A stretch of 64,000 nucleotides of DNA, taken from contig OX597819.1 of assembly GCA_951406725.2 (NCBI GenBank), forward strand, positions 68,138,001 through 68,202,000, read 5' to 3'. Source of the stretch: Octopus vulgaris (lineage: Eukaryota). Made by a program: the position numbers and the translations under genes. Positions 41,728 through 54,894 of this stretch are shown here, one piece after another. The stretch's first letter is position 1, and each line of letters starts with the position of its first letter. The notes beneath the pieces are model-generated. The model saw only the letters and a list, made by a program, of their open reading frames with translations, ran no database searches and was not told where the DNA came from.

Positions 41728-41787
41728 ATAGTCGGTTGAGTATGACTTTCTAGTTTCTCTTGAAGGGGAACTCTCTAGTTTCCCCCG
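41728..41787 (+). ncRNA. Candidate U7 snRNA, copy 1 (5' end uncertain)
   Basis: ATGACTTTCT-AGTTTCTCTTG-AA-GGGGAAC..GTTTCCCC hairpin; followed by GTATTTAACAAAGAACAGA (3'-box-like). Confidence 0.62.
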
Positions 41788-41824
41788 TATTTAACAAAGA
41801 ACAGAATTTAATCATTATTCATTT

Positions 41825-42150
41825 ATTTGTTTCAGTCACGGCTGTGGCCATGCTGGAGCATCACCTTTGGTCAAATCCGCCGCAGGACTTACTATTTTGT
41901 AAGCTCAGTACCTATTCTATCGGTAGATTTTGCCGAAGCGCTAGTTTACGAGGTCGTAAACACACCAGCCTCGGTTGTCAAACTATGTTAAGGGAACAAA
42001 CATATATATATATATATACGATGGCTTCTTTCAGCTTCCGTCTACCAAAACCACTCACAGGGCACTTTGCCCAAGGGGCAAAGCGGGACTGAACCCGAAA
42101 CCGTGTGGTTGGTAAGCAAGCTACATACCACACAGCCACTCCTGCGCCTA
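41825..42150 (-). mobile_element. SINE family B
   Basis: Homology to other copies. Confidence 0.8.
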
Positions 42151-42679
42151 AGTATGTGATTTTCTTTCACTCGTTTGACTAAGGCCATGCTGGAGCAGCA
42201 CCTTAAAGGGGTTTTTTTTTCTAGTCGAAGAACTCGAATTCATGACTTGTACTTATTTTATCTTTCTCCCTTGCTGAACCGCTAGGTTACGGAGACAGAA
42301 ACACACCAACATCGGTTGTCAACCAATGGCAGGATTACAGACACATACGCAAATATAATGAGGTTTGTTTTTTGTAGTTTTCAGAGTTAATTTTGACTCT
42401 TATTTTTAGCAATCGCTGGTGCTATTTTTGCACCCTTTATTTATTAATTTGTCTTTGGATAATTGCTCGCGAGTTACTTATGTTTATGTCTTAATTAATT
42501 AATTAATATATCTTTGTAGTGTCTTTTTGTATTGATTATGTATAATGTTTGTTTTAAGTAAGGCACTTATTCCATCGGTCACTTTTCTCGAACCGCTACG
42601 TTACGGAGACATGAAGAAACTAATATCGGTTATCAAGAAGTGGGGTGGTGGGAAGGAACACAAAGAATCGTAGATATTA

Positions 42680-43492
42680 TGTTTGTATGTATGTATGGTG
42701 GGTGTAGAAGCGGTGGTGGTGGTGGCGGCGATGGTTTCGTGCCGTCGGTAGTGGTGGTAGCGATGGTGTGGTGCTGTCAGCGCGGCGGTCGTGGTGGTGA
42801 TGATTGTGATGGTTTGGTGTCGACGGTAGTGGTGGTGGTGGTGATGGTTGTGGTGGAGGTGGTTGTAGAGGTGTGGTGGTTGTAATGGTAGTGGTGGAGG
42901 TGGTGGTAGCGATGTTAGAAGAGGGGTGGTGGTGCTGGTGCTGGTGATGATTGTGATGGTGGTACTGGTGTCCGCAGTAGCGGTGGTTGTAGAGGTGGTA
43001 GCGATGGCTGATGGGCGCTGGTGATGGTAATGGTGGCAGTGTTGGTATTGCTGCTGCTGCTGCTGCTGCTGCTGCAACTGTTTGATACCTATTATTGTGG
43101 TGGGCGTGGCAGCGGATGTGAGGTGGTAGAGGAAGTGTTGAGGCTGGAGTACGATGAGATACATGTGGTGGTTGAGGAGCGGGGGAAGGGTCGTGTTACT
43201 GCTACTAACCACTTATGGTGGTGGCGAATACAGCGAACTGGCAGAATCGTCAGCACGCGGACGAAATGGTTCTGAGTTCAAATTCCACCGAGGTCGAATT
43301 TGCCTTTTTTATCCTTTCGAGGTTGATAAAATAAGTACCAGTTGCATAGCCGGGTCGACCACACTCAAAAGTGCTGGCCTTGTGCCAAAGTAAAAGAATC
43401 TGTTTTGGTGGCGGCAGTAGAGGTGGAGTTGGTCTTCATCGTAATGGCTGTTGTAGTTGTCATCATGATGGTGGCGGTAGTGGCGATGATTG

Positions 43493-43536
<44 letters not shown>

Positions 43537-43830
43537 GACTTGAATTGGTGGAAGTTGCGATCGTGAAGGCGGTGGTGGTGGTTGATCGTTGTGGTGGTTG
43601 TGGTGGTGTTTGTGGTAGTGTTTGTGCTAGTGTTGTGATGTTTGTGATCGTAGTGGTGGTGGAGGTTTTGGTGGTTGTGATCGTGATGGTGCTTGTTGTA
43701 ATCGTGGTAGTGGAGATGGCTGTGGTGGTGGTGGTTGTGATCGTGGTGGTAGTTGTGATCGAGGTGATGGTGGTGTTGATGCGTGTGATGATGGTGGTGG
43801 TTGTTGGGCTCGTGGTGGTGGTGTTTGTGA
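42680..43830. repeat. Degenerate (GGT)/(GAT) low-complexity tract interrupted by a SINE A copy (~43225-43395)
   Basis: Direct reading. Confidence 0.85.
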
Positions 43831-44358
43831 TCTGGGGGGGGGGGGTAACGTCGTTATACTAAACTAAATTATCCCCCTTTCGTTTATCATTTCTCTCGTT
43901 TCAGGCATCAGCTTATGGCCGAGCTGGAGCACTAACCTGAAGATTTTTGCAGTCTAATTAATAGACCCTTAGTCCTTTTTTTTCTTTTTGAAGCCTGGTA
44001 CTTACGTTCTCATTTTCTTTGCCGAACCGCCAAGTTACGGTGACGTAAGCATACCAACACCGGTTGTCACACGTTATAATGGAAGAAATGCATACACACA
44101 TACACACACACATACAAATTATTAAGGTGGCTATTCGCAATCTATAACCGAAAGGCAACAAGTATACTCGTCACTAGAGTGACGGAGCGTGCTACTAAGC
44201 ACGGGAATTGCTAGAAATAAGAGTAAAAACAACTCTTAGCCAATATATATATATATATATTTCAACTTCTTTTCTTTCAACATGTGATCTCTTGAGCACC
44301 ACCAGCGAAAAAATATTTTTCCTCTGTCTTCCCTTCTCGGGATCTTTCCTTCTCCTTT

Positions 44359-44393
44359 GTTTCCGACGAAGAGCTCCGCTCGAAACGTTAAAC
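44359..44393 (+). ncRNA. Minimal type I hammerhead with variant core CCGACGA
   Basis: GTTT-CCGACGA-AGAGC-TCC-GCTC-GAAA-CG-TT-AAAC; palindromic ACGT stem III; lies in a ~230-bp unit between TA runs. Confidence 0.65.
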
Positions 44394-44486
44394 CCTCCTT
44401 CGTTTCTTTTCTGAGCGTCAAATAATACTTTAATTGTTCCACGTCTTCGCGTTGCTGTGTTTTTTTCTGTGTTTTCTTGTTTGGAT

Positions 44487-44550
<64 letters not shown>

Positions 44551-44819
44551 TATATACAAAAAGCAATAAAGATCAAGTTAATTTAAATGAATTTACTTGA
44601 ATATGGTACCTAATTCTCTGGAAATTCATATGTGCACTATGGATTGGGTCACCTTCTCTGTGATGCTATTAAGACTTTTTTTAAAATTCTGTGATAAGAC
44701 TGTACATCATCTTTAAAGAACTTTAATGAACTTTTGAAATCTGTTTATGTTACTTAATTATCTACATTACTTCATGAGTATAGCCTCAACCACTAGGATG
44801 TCTAGAGAACTCACATGTA

Positions 44820-44910
44820 TTTTAGCTGATGAGTACGGGACACGTTTATATGCTGTAATTTTTGCAACTTTTAATAAAACCTGTCCTTGTATGAAACGAT
44901 TGTACTAAAA
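44820..44910 (+). ncRNA. Type I hammerhead with long stem II
   Basis: TTTTAG-CTGATGA-GTACGGGACA...TGTCCTTGTAT-GAAA-CGATTG-TA-CTAAAA. Confidence 0.78.
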
Positions 44911-44940
44911 ACCTATCCATTCTTGTTGCTTCATTCTCGC

Positions 44941-44998
<58 letters not shown>

Positions 44999-45103
44999 AA
45001 ATACAATAAAAGGCTTCCAAATAAGGAAGCGTTGTGCTAGAACGCAAAAAGAGATAAATTCACGAAAGGAATGAAAACTAAAAACATTTACCATCTCAGC
45101 TAT

Positions 45104-45181
45104 ATCCCAGACCGACGGTTTCAACCTATTTTTAGCAAACAAACAAAATATATTTGCCAAGGCCAGGTTCTTCAGTGGGAT
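45104..45181 (-). ncRNA. Type I hammerhead
   Basis: rc ATCCCA-CTGAAGA-ACCT...AGGTT-GAAA-CCGTCGG-TC-TGGGAT. Confidence 0.78.
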
Positions 45182-45444
45182 GCCTTCGTAATCCTAGATG
45201 CACAGACTGTTAGAAGCACATGTAGATCTAACGGTTTGTAAATCCTAACTTTTCAAACCTCTGCGCAGACGCAAACCATACCCGGCAATACAATTATATA
45301 AATTAGAGAAGAACCACCATGAAGCAATTCAACAATGATATTCTTAAACCAAAACATATATAAAAAATTAAAGATTCGATAAAACATTTACCTAAAACTA
45401 AATAAAGTACTAAATAATAAATAGTATATAATTAGTAAATTAAT

Positions 45445-45526
<82 letters not shown>

Positions 45527-46228
45527 GACGGGCCTCTTTCAGTTTCCACCAACGAAGCCTATTCACTAGGCTTTGGTCGGTCCGAGACTATAACAGAAGA
45601 CATTTGCCCAATGTGCCACGTAGCTTGACAGAAAGCAGAAACCAGAACCATTTAGGTGAGAACCAAACTCCTCACCACGCAGCCACACCTGCGCCATTAT
45701 ACTGTATATCATTCAAAATAACTTTAAAACCAGCGAAATGACTGTTTATTAATAAACTGAGGCAGCTGGTAATATCTATTAACACTGATATAATCACTCA
45801 ATATTTTACATCCAGATTATTAAATGCGATAATCTTTGACAGATTTCAGAATAATATGCTTAATATTGATTTACTCATGTCGTTGATATTTTATATAAAA
45901 CCATTTGGTGTGCATAGTGCTTTGTTCTGTTTCTTATTTTGTTATACTTTTAGTTGTGGCCATACTGGAGCTTCTGGAAGGGTTTCGGCAATCAGAACGT
46001 TTCCTGAAATTACTTAAGCCTTGTAATCTTATGAACAGTTACTTTACAGTAATGCCAATACTTGTAGTGAAACAGTGAAAGACACATATTGCGTGCAGGC
46101 TCGCTCGAGTGTGTGTGTGTGTGCGTGTGTGTGTGTGTGAATGAGAGAGAGAGAGAGAGAGGGAGAGAGAAATAGACAGACAGACAGAATCTGTCTATTT
46201 ATCTATCTATTTTTTCATCTAACTGTAG

Positions 46229-46720
46229 AGGCGCAATGGCCCAGTGGTTAGGGCAGTGGGCTCGCGGTCGTATGATCACGGTTTCGATTCTCAGGCCGGG
46301 CATTGTGAATGTTTATCGTGCAAAAACATATAAAAGCTCCACGAGGCTCTGGCAGGGGTGGTGGTGAACCCTGCTGTACTCTTTCACCACGACTTTCTCT
46401 CACTATTTCTTCCTGTTTCGTTGTACCTGTATTTCAAAGGGCCAGCCTTGTCACACTGTATCATGCTGAATCTCCACGAGAACTACGTTAAGGGTATACG
46501 TGTCTGTGGAATGCTCAACCACTTGCACGTTAATAAATGAGCTGCGACGTCACTGGTACCAAGCTCCCTTTCCCTTGGATAACATCGGTGGCGTGGAGAG
46601 AGGAGGCTGGTATGCATGGGCGACTGCTGGTCTTCGATAAACAACATTGCCAGACTTGTGCCTCGGAGAGTAACTTTCTAGGTGCAATTCCATGGTCATT
46701 AATGACCGAAGGGGGTCACA
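46229..46720 (+). mobile_element. SINE family D head/body joined to a different 3' segment (46537-46720)
   Basis: GGCGCAATGGCCCAGTGGTTAGGGC...GGTTTCGATTC. Confidence 0.8.
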
Positions 46721-46879
46721 ATATCTATCTGTCTGTCTGTTCATCTATCTATCTATTTATCAATCCATCTCTCCTCTCTCTAAATATATATATGTGTATA
46801 CCCTTTTACTTGCTTCAGCCATGGTCTTTCTCATTTCTCCAATCCAGAGTGTTTCCCATCACCACTCCTGTCTCTGCAT

Positions 46880-47930
46880 TTGTCCCAGCTGTTGGCTCAT
46901 TTGGTGTATAGAAGAATTTGATTCCGCTGCCACCGTATTTGCCTCATATCGGTCTTTTGGTTCATTCGGTATCGTGGAGAGGAAGATGTCTAGTCCGTTT
47001 TTGAAGACATCTTCTTCCAACTTATGCAGATTTCTTAATTTTTGTGGCAGGGCATTGAAGACCTGTGGACGTTTGAACCTTAGGCTATTGCAAAACATGT
47101 TCTTGAATATAGATGGAGTGGATGGTACCTCTGGTACAATACAATGGCGTCGAGTTCTGACTTTTGTATAATATTCAACACCGAAATTAGGTACTAGCTT
47201 TTGTAGATTCTTCCATATGTAGATTACATATCTGTCACGCTTTCGCTCCTGAGAGTAAAGTTGCAATTTTCTCAGCCTATACCTGTAGCTCATCCGCTGC
47301 ACTGTATCAATATTTTTAGCGTAGTGGCATTGGACTGCTACAAGCGCCACTGTTAGTTTAGCAATATGTGGTGACGATAAGTGGAAGCAGTAGTCCAGGC
47401 GGCTGAGAACAGAGGTTCTCTGTTGGGTCAGCATAGTTTCTTGGTCTCTTGTCTTCAACGAACGCAAAGACTATCCTGCCAGTTATCTGCACTTTGCTGC
47501 CATCTTGGTAATGTGCATATAAAAAATGGATCATTGCACATACTGATCTCTAGGTCTTTCACTGCCTGTGACTCAGCGATTGAAGTGCCTTCGGGTCCCG
47601 TATATGCAGGCTGTAGTGCATTCGTGAGTTGATAGTGCAGTGCTTGAAATTGTTGTTTACTTCGGCTCACTTATATATTGAATTCAGTTCCCACTGTGTG
47701 CTTGCGACGTCATCTTGATTTTTTTATTGCCTGTGATAATTTTGTATCATCGGCATAGTTAGTGGCAGTGGCTGTCTGAGTGACCGTGGGCATGTCTAAG
47801 AGGGTTATTATGAGCAGTATCGGCCCCAGAACAGTTCCCTGGGGAGACGCCACCTAGGATTTGAGTTTCCTCAGAAAGGCACATTTGCCTGCAACTACCT
47901 GGATTCTGTCTGTAAGGAAGTCATGCAGGG
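46880..47930 (-). mobile_element. Degenerate CR1/L2-group LINE RT fragment
   Basis: PQGTVLGP, YADDTK, VLSRLDYC, IPNEP; homologous to 30100-31130. Confidence 0.85.
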
Positions 47931-48518
47931 GTCGTGATGACAAAGTGAATAATTCCCGTGTGTATAACAAAGTCAAACAAATAAGTATATTTATGGTTAA
48001 AATATGATAAATATAATAAATGTAACGGGACGTGGAAATAAAATGTAGAGCAAGGAGTGGAGACCCTACATACGACCCCCCAACACAGCTAATGTATATA
48101 TCGAAATTGGCAGGAAAACATCATTCACTTTGTTATATATCAGTTTTATGCACTCGTTCAACTACGCGTGAAGTTAATTGTTTATCACAACAACTACAAT
48201 TTAAAATATTTATTAATTTCGAAAATATCTTACATAAAACCATTTAATATATTCAAATGGTAGGTTCTTATGTCATAGAAATTTTACTGTCTCACGACAA
48301 TGATTTAATTTCAATTAATATGTAAACTCTTAAATCAGTGAATGCTCTTAAGATCAACGTTACATATATTTACTGTTTAATTTAAACTTTATTTGGAATT
48401 TTTTTTAAAAAACCCTATTCGAACTTACAATAAATCATCTATGTATTTGTATTGTCCTGGAATGTCCCTTTCTATGCACGATTTTTATGATCATAATAAA
48501 GAATTTCGCATATCTTTA

Positions 48519-48578
48519 CTAGTCGGATGAGTTGAACTTTCTAGTTCCTCCCGCCAGGGAAACCTACGTGATTTCCTC
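48519..48578 (+). ncRNA. Candidate U7 snRNA, copy 2 (diverged, possible pseudogene)
   Basis: CGCATATC..TAGTCGGATGAGTTGAACTTTCT-AGTTCCTCCCG-CC-AGGGAAA...TTTCCT. Confidence 0.4.
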
Positions 48579-48919
48579 ATTTGCAAATGAATATCAAATC
48601 TATCTTTATACTCTCTCTGTCATACATTCACTTTCGTTTCCATTCCACCTTGCTTGGGCAGACTATGTATATATATATATATATACATACATATATATAT
48701 ATATTCATATACATACACGCGCACACACACACATATATATATATATATACATATATATGTGTGTATATATATGTACATATATGCATATATACACATATAT
48801 ATATGTATGTATGTATGTATATATATATATGTATATATATACATATATATACATACATATATATATGTATGTATATATATATTTATGTATATATATATAT
48901 ATATATATGTATTTTTATG

Positions 48920-48956
<37 letters not shown>

Positions 48957-48982
48957 GTATATATATATATATTCATATACAT

Positions 48983-49013
<31 letters not shown>

Positions 49014-49076
49014 CATAGATATGTATGTATATATATATATGTATGTATATATATATGTACATATATGCATATATAC

Positions 49077-49109
<33 letters not shown>

Positions 49110-49283
49110 ATTTTGTTATGGATATTTCTACAGGTATACTATAGAACGTATAGCCAACACTGAGTTTTGCTACAACGTTTCGTATCTAGACGTCAGATGT
49201 AAACAGACAATGTAATCGAAGACGAAAGTGGTTAATAAGTGTATATGCCATATTTCGAGGTGTGTTGCCCCTTCTTCAACACT

Positions 49284-49319
<36 letters not shown>

Positions 49320-49389
49320 CGGAGTAAACACATAAATGTGAAACAAGGTGGAAAAAAGAGTACTCAAATACCAGTGGTAGAGTAATATG

Positions 49390-49553
49390 CTTTATTTTAA
49401 GCAGCAGAAAATTCAACAAAATCTGTTACTCTGAGTTTCTCGTTGCCGTTCATCAGACAGTTTTTGCTAGAATCTAGCAAAAACTGTCTGATGAACGGCA
49501 ACGAGAAACTCAGAGTAACAGATTTTGTTGAATTTTCTGCTGCTTAAAATAAA

Positions 49554-49554
<1 letters not shown>
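49390..49554. repeat. Perfect 81-bp-arm palindrome with hammerheads on both strands (49423-49460 -, 49484-49521 +); Penelope-type inverted pLTR in (TA)n
   Basis: Arms 49390-49470 and 49474-49554, loop AAT; CTGT-CTGATGA-ACGGCAACGA-GAAA-CTCAGAG-TA-ACAG. Confidence 0.9.
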
Positions 49555-49594
<40 letters not shown>

Positions 49595-51791
49595 CCTTTT
49601 GCTTTGCGAACTGACGGGAATCGCCCGGACAAAGTGTAACTGCGGTAGGATGCAACATTACAAGACATTTTCGTTTCGTATCATATTGGGCAATTCTCAT
49701 CTCAGGTTCATTCAACCTCGACCAAGGATGAGGTGAGTAATAGAGGCAAATTATCGGTACATTTTCGAAATTGCTCTCTTTGTGACTACAGGTGTACTGC
49801 TTCGCTTAAATGCCCAAAGTGGCTTCTTTGTGGCTTCGATAGTATTTGTCGTGGTAATGGAGATTGTTGGTTGCTTCACTGAATCTCAAAGACGATTATG
49901 TTTGGAAATGTCACCAGTATTATACTTTATTTCAAGAATTATTAATCTATGTCTAATATGAGATAAGAAACTTATTACCAAAATAATTTCCCGATTTGCC
50001 CTTTTCTCTGTGATTAAGTTCTAATTCCGATTCTTTATGTTACCTCTTGTTATGGAGTCAACAATATTCTCTAAGTTAGTAGCTTTATAATTTTGCGATT
50101 TTCGAATATTCTGATATTCAAAATCAATGATTAGAGATAGAATTGACATTTAAACATTTTCAATCGCAATGAAATAGTTTGATAACCATATGTAACTGGA
50201 TCCTCAATATAAGTGCTCAGTTATCCAATGAACTAATTCTCCTCTGATTAATTTGGTGAGTGGCCGAATATTCCACAGAAATATGTACTTATATTGTATT
50301 TCACAATTAGAATCTTTGTAACACAGTGACGTAAGGCCGGACCCAATTTTTCCTATCACTCTATCCTACGACATTCCATACTTTCCAGCAACATTGTTTG
50401 ACTTCAAAATGTGGTGGAGGCCAATATGGTCAATCAATGCAGCTCGGGACCGTCAGTTCCCGACCTTCAAAAAACTTATTTACAAAGTTGTCTACAGCCC
50501 CTCCCTTGAGATAGAAGATCACATATTCTTCATTATTTTCACTGGGAAGGGCCACAGATTCCTCCGTCGGTGGCACACGTCCCACCGACGAGGCCTCGGG
50601 ACATGTCAGCAGTGCATTGTAATCCACTGGCACTGTCCCATTCCTTTTTACTTCTTTTTTGTCTTTGATGCGGGAAGGGTTGGCACCTTCGCCTTGACAT
50701 CGCTTCCTCCCGCAACTTTTGGATCCTTCGGAGAGCAACCATTGTTGCTCCTCTTTTTCCTTTTTCTCCCCTTTTTTCCGGGGGAGGGCTCTCCCTCCTC
50801 CCCTACTTCGATCTCTCCTTCCGGAGGATGAAGGGGGCTCTTACCAGCTTGCGTACTGGAAAAAAAAACATTAACGAGATGAGTGATGAAAGGATGGTAT
50901 AAATGGGAGAAAGCAAAAGACGCCTACCGATCTTCTGCTTCTCTAAAATCTTGTTCTTTTTCTTTTCAAAACAAAAAACAAAACGAGGTATTAAACCTCA
51001 TACCTCAGTTCTACAATTACTAGACTTAATAGTCCACTACAAATTGAGGCGCCGAGACTCTACAGGCAAAAACGATACGAGGCACTAAGCCTCTTAATTA
51101 TTTTCCACCTCGCGGGACCCGACCAGGCTCAGTGGCTCAGTCAAGCACCTCGATGGTGCTAGGTCGGGGTTCTTCAGCATAAAGCGGAATGTGTATTTGG
51201 GGAAGGCGTTCACCACCTTGCACAAGTTTGTTCCCCACACGACCTCCGCAGCTACCCGCAGAGGCCAATCAAGGTTCTTAGTATAGGTTAGAATCCCTTC
51301 CCTCCGACCTCCTTTGTTAAACTTTCTAACAAATTCTTGAGTTGCCCTTCCCTTGTGGAATAGGATTACAAATTCCTCCTCCACGTAGGGAGAGTCCACA
51401 CTTTCCACCGTCGGTGGCACAATTCAAGACAGTTCAAGTCACGGCAACACACAGTTCCGGCCACTCGATAACCCTGGCCAACAGGTATTCCCCCCAAAAG
51501 GTACTCCAAACAGGCAAAGTCGACCTCGGCTGAATTTGAATTTAGAACGTAACGGAAAACGAAATACCACTAAGCATTTCACACCACGTGATTTCTGCCA
51601 TCTCGCCGCCTTGAACAGCAAGCTATATAACGGGGACGCTGTCGCTCGCTCTCTATCAATTTCTCTGTCTCTATCACTTGACACCTCTCTCTCTCTCTCC
51701 TTCTTTCTTTCTGTCTCTTTCCCTGTATGACTGTCTGGCATTCTCACTCCCACTCAGTCACTTTGTCGCTTCCTCTCTCTCTCTCTCACGC

Positions 51792-51829
<38 letters not shown>

Positions 51830-52044
51830 TCTACCACGTCTTCAGTGGTGGAACAGCGGCCATACTGGGGTCACTGCCTTGTAGGGTCTACTCGAACAAA
51901 TCGACCCCAATATGTATGCATGTATCTATCTAGCTATCTGGCAATCTATTTATGTATGTTTAGAGACAAAAAAGAGAATAAGAAAGATAGAAAGGGAAAG
52001 AAGGAGAGACGGAAAGCGAAAGAGAGAGAGATAAAGGGAGTGTG

Positions 52045-52292
52045 TTAAATGTTTTTTTTTTGGAAGCACTCCGTCGGTTACGACGACGAGGGTTCCGGTT
52101 GATCCGATGAACGGAACAGCCTGCTCGTGAAATTAACGTGTAAGTGGCTGAGCACTCCACAGACACGTGTACCCTTAACGTAGTTCTCGGGGATATTCAG
52201 CGTGACACAGAGAGTGACAAGGCCGACCCTTTGAAATACAGGTACAACAGAAACAAGAAGTAAGAGTGAGAGAAAGTTGTGGTGAAAGAGTA
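52045..52292 (-). mobile_element. SINE family D, 3' part
   Basis: rc ...CCCTCGTCGTCGTAACCGACGGAGTGC. Confidence 0.85.
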
Positions 52293-52553
52293 CGTGTGCA
52301 TTTGTTTAAAATTTTAAAATCGCCATCCTGTTTCATCAGAATAATTAGCCAAAATTTCAATAACGCTACCTATTTCTCTAAGAAAATTATTTGATATGTA
52401 AAGAGAAAGAGTCGACCATGAGCAATTTTTTAATAAAGCTGAACAATAATTTAATATTTTTCTATAAATTAAATCCCAAATCATCTAATGTATTTGACAT
52501 TCTTGTTATATATATCCGACTTTGTCCTTGTCCAAATTATCGCATATCCAAAG

Positions 52554-52615
52554 ATAGTCGGTTGAGTATGACTTTCTAGTTTCTCTTGCTGGGGAGCTCA
52601 TGTGGCTCCCCCAAT
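52554..52615 (+). ncRNA. Candidate U7 snRNA, copy 3 (best-formed; 5' end uncertain)
   Basis: ATGACTTTCT-AGTTTCTCTTG-CT-GGGGAGC-TCATGTG-GCTCCCC-CAAT; then ATATAACCAAAAATCAGA. Confidence 0.65.
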
Positions 52616-52825
52616 ATATAACCAAAAATCAGACTTTTTGTTGCAAATACGTCCGTACATGTCCGTATAAATTACTTTATAAATTAGTTATTGGACTGTG
52701 GCCATAGCGGAGCATCAACTTGAAAGCTTTAGCCTGTCTATGAGCAAACTATAACCACAGGCATTTTTATCGCTTGCTTCCCTACCTTGAAATTCTGTAT
52801 TAGTCGTATGCCCTACCTCATGAAC

Positions 52826-53360
52826 ACTTGCTGTCACACCTAGGAAGAGTACAGCTATCATTTCAGATTGTGATCAAGAGTGTACCGCCCACCGGATTAT
52901 CCAAACAGGATGAGGCTTGCTTTCTATGTACGGTCGCAGTAATGAAAGAATGTACATTGAGAACTAGAATGCAAGGGATCGAGACAGGAGCCTTCACATC
53001 CGGCAATGGAATACTGCTCTACTTTAGGTATCACCTGAAAGGCAAGATAAAGCTGGAGAAGAGGCTCCTGTTTTCTCCTTACCGTGGAAGTGTTGAAAAG
53101 AATGGTTATGGAAGACAAAAATGCAAGGACTCGTGATGGAATCTTCATCTCTGGCCCCGGTTCACTCATTTATTTCAGATATCATCCGAAGAGCAAGATA
53201 GGGCTGAAGAGGAGACGACTGTCGCGAGGTGTGTTGGAGAAAAGATGGAAGGCAGTGGTAAGTAAAGTGGGTGCAAGTGACTCGGCTTTAATCACCATGG
53301 AGAAAGATAAAGGTATTGTCGCTGGGCTTTTCGGCCATCAGGGTGAATCCACCCGCTAGC
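52826..53360 (+). mobile_element. Tx1/L1-group LINE C-terminal fragment with internal duplication
   Basis: LLSHLGRVQLS...AVMKECTLRTRMQGIETGAFTSG..LLYFRYHLKGKIKLE aligns by eye with 38605-38922. Confidence 0.7.
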
Positions 53361-53530
53361 CACAAAAAGTGTAAAATATATTATATACTATATATCATAT
53401 AATCATCAAAATTTTTAAAATTGAGTTTTATCCGAACTCATTTTAACATTTATCTGTTTGTTCTGTCTTGTTTGTTCTATCTGTTTCAGATAATTATTAT
53501 CATAATAAAAAAAAATATCGCATTTCTTTG

Positions 53531-53590
53531 ATAGTCGGTTGAGAATAACTTTCTAGTTCCTCTTGCTGGGGAGCTCATGAGGCTCCTATT
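53531..53590 (+). ncRNA. Candidate U7 snRNA, copy 4
   Basis: ATAACTTTCT-AGTTCCTCTTG-CT-GGGGAGC-TCATGAG-GCTCCT; then ATATAACCAAAAATCAGG. Confidence 0.55.
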
Positions 53591-54832
53591 ATATATAACC
53601 AAAAATCAGGCTCTTACTTATAAATACACACGTGTATTTTTTATATATATATATTATTTACTACTGCATTAAGTTGTTGGTCCGCGGTCATGCTGCAGCA
53701 TCAATTTCAAAGCTTTAGTCTTGCAATGGGCAAATGTAGCCAACATCACTTTTTTAATTGTTCTGCCTACCTTGAAATTCCTTTTTAGTACTGCACCCTG
53801 CCTCATAATAGGTCTTGTCAGACGGCCAGATCCCCTTCAATTATAGGCCATATCTCCATTCATCGAACGTATCCATCCCATTTCTTTTAAGCCTAGTTCC
53901 TATTCGATCGACTCGCTTTTACTAAACAGTTAGCTATATTACGGGGACGGTATCATTCCCTCCCCGCCCTCTCTCCTTTTTCTCAGCCTCCGTCTCTCTC
54001 ACTAAGCCCATCTATCTGTCTTTCTCTCCATGTCTCTCTCTTTCTGTCTCTCGCTCAGTCACACGCACACACATACCACCCCTCCCTCCACACACAACGT
54101 ATCCCTTGTCTCCAGGGATGGCACAGCAGCCATGCAGGGGGTGCTGCCTTGAATGGTTTAGTCGAACAATGCGACCACAATACATGTTTTTTTTTAAAGT
54201 CTGGTTCTTCATTTGTTTCTGTTTGCCGAAACTCTGGGTTAAGGTCACGATTTACTTACAAGCTATCAGTCGGCTCGGATCTCTTGTAGAAACCATTCGA
54301 CCCAGGTGCCATGCAGTTGGACAGAACCAAAACCTGAGTGACTGCAAACAACTTTCTTAATTATGCAACATGGGTGTGTCTGTCTGTCGGTCTGTCGGTC
54401 TGTATGTATGTATGTATGTATGTATGTATGTATCTATGTATGTATGTACGTCTGTATGTGTGTTTAGAGTGAGAGAAACAGAGGGATGAGTGACAGAGTG
54501 GGTGAGAGAGAGAGAGAGAGAGAGAGAAATAAAGGGAGATAGTTATATGTTTATATCATCCAACGTAGACGCGTGTGTATTTGTTTAAAATTATAAACAC
54601 GTCATCCTCTTTCATAAGAATAATTTGTCAAAACCTTCAATAATGCTACCTATTTCTCTAAGAAAATTATTTGATATGGGCAGTAAAAGAGAAGACTATC
54701 AGTGATTTTTTAATAGTTTTGAACAGTAATTTAATATTTCTCAATAAATTAAATCCCAAATCATCCAATGTATTTGACATTCTTGTTATATATATCCGAC
54801 TTTGTCTCTGTCCAAATAATCGCATATCCTAG

Positions 54833-54894
54833 ATAGTCGGTTGAGTATGACTTTCTAGTTTCTCTTGCTGGGGAGCTCATGTGGATCCCCCAAT
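54833..54894 (+). ncRNA. Candidate U7 snRNA, copy 5
   Basis: Matches copy 3 except one hairpin mismatch (GGATCCCC). Confidence 0.62.

Noticed and set aside
52541-52620. Helitron/Helentron terminus or miRNA reading of the repeated CTAGT + hairpin unit
   Set aside because: Homology continues on both sides, the strong hairpin follows rather than precedes CTAG, and the stems are too short for a pre-miRNA. Disfavoured but not excluded without a genome-wide copy count
52811-52822. TGAGGTAG (let-7 seed) or splice-donor-like sequence on the minus strand
   Set aside because: No let-7 body or hairpin, and not conserved in paralogous units
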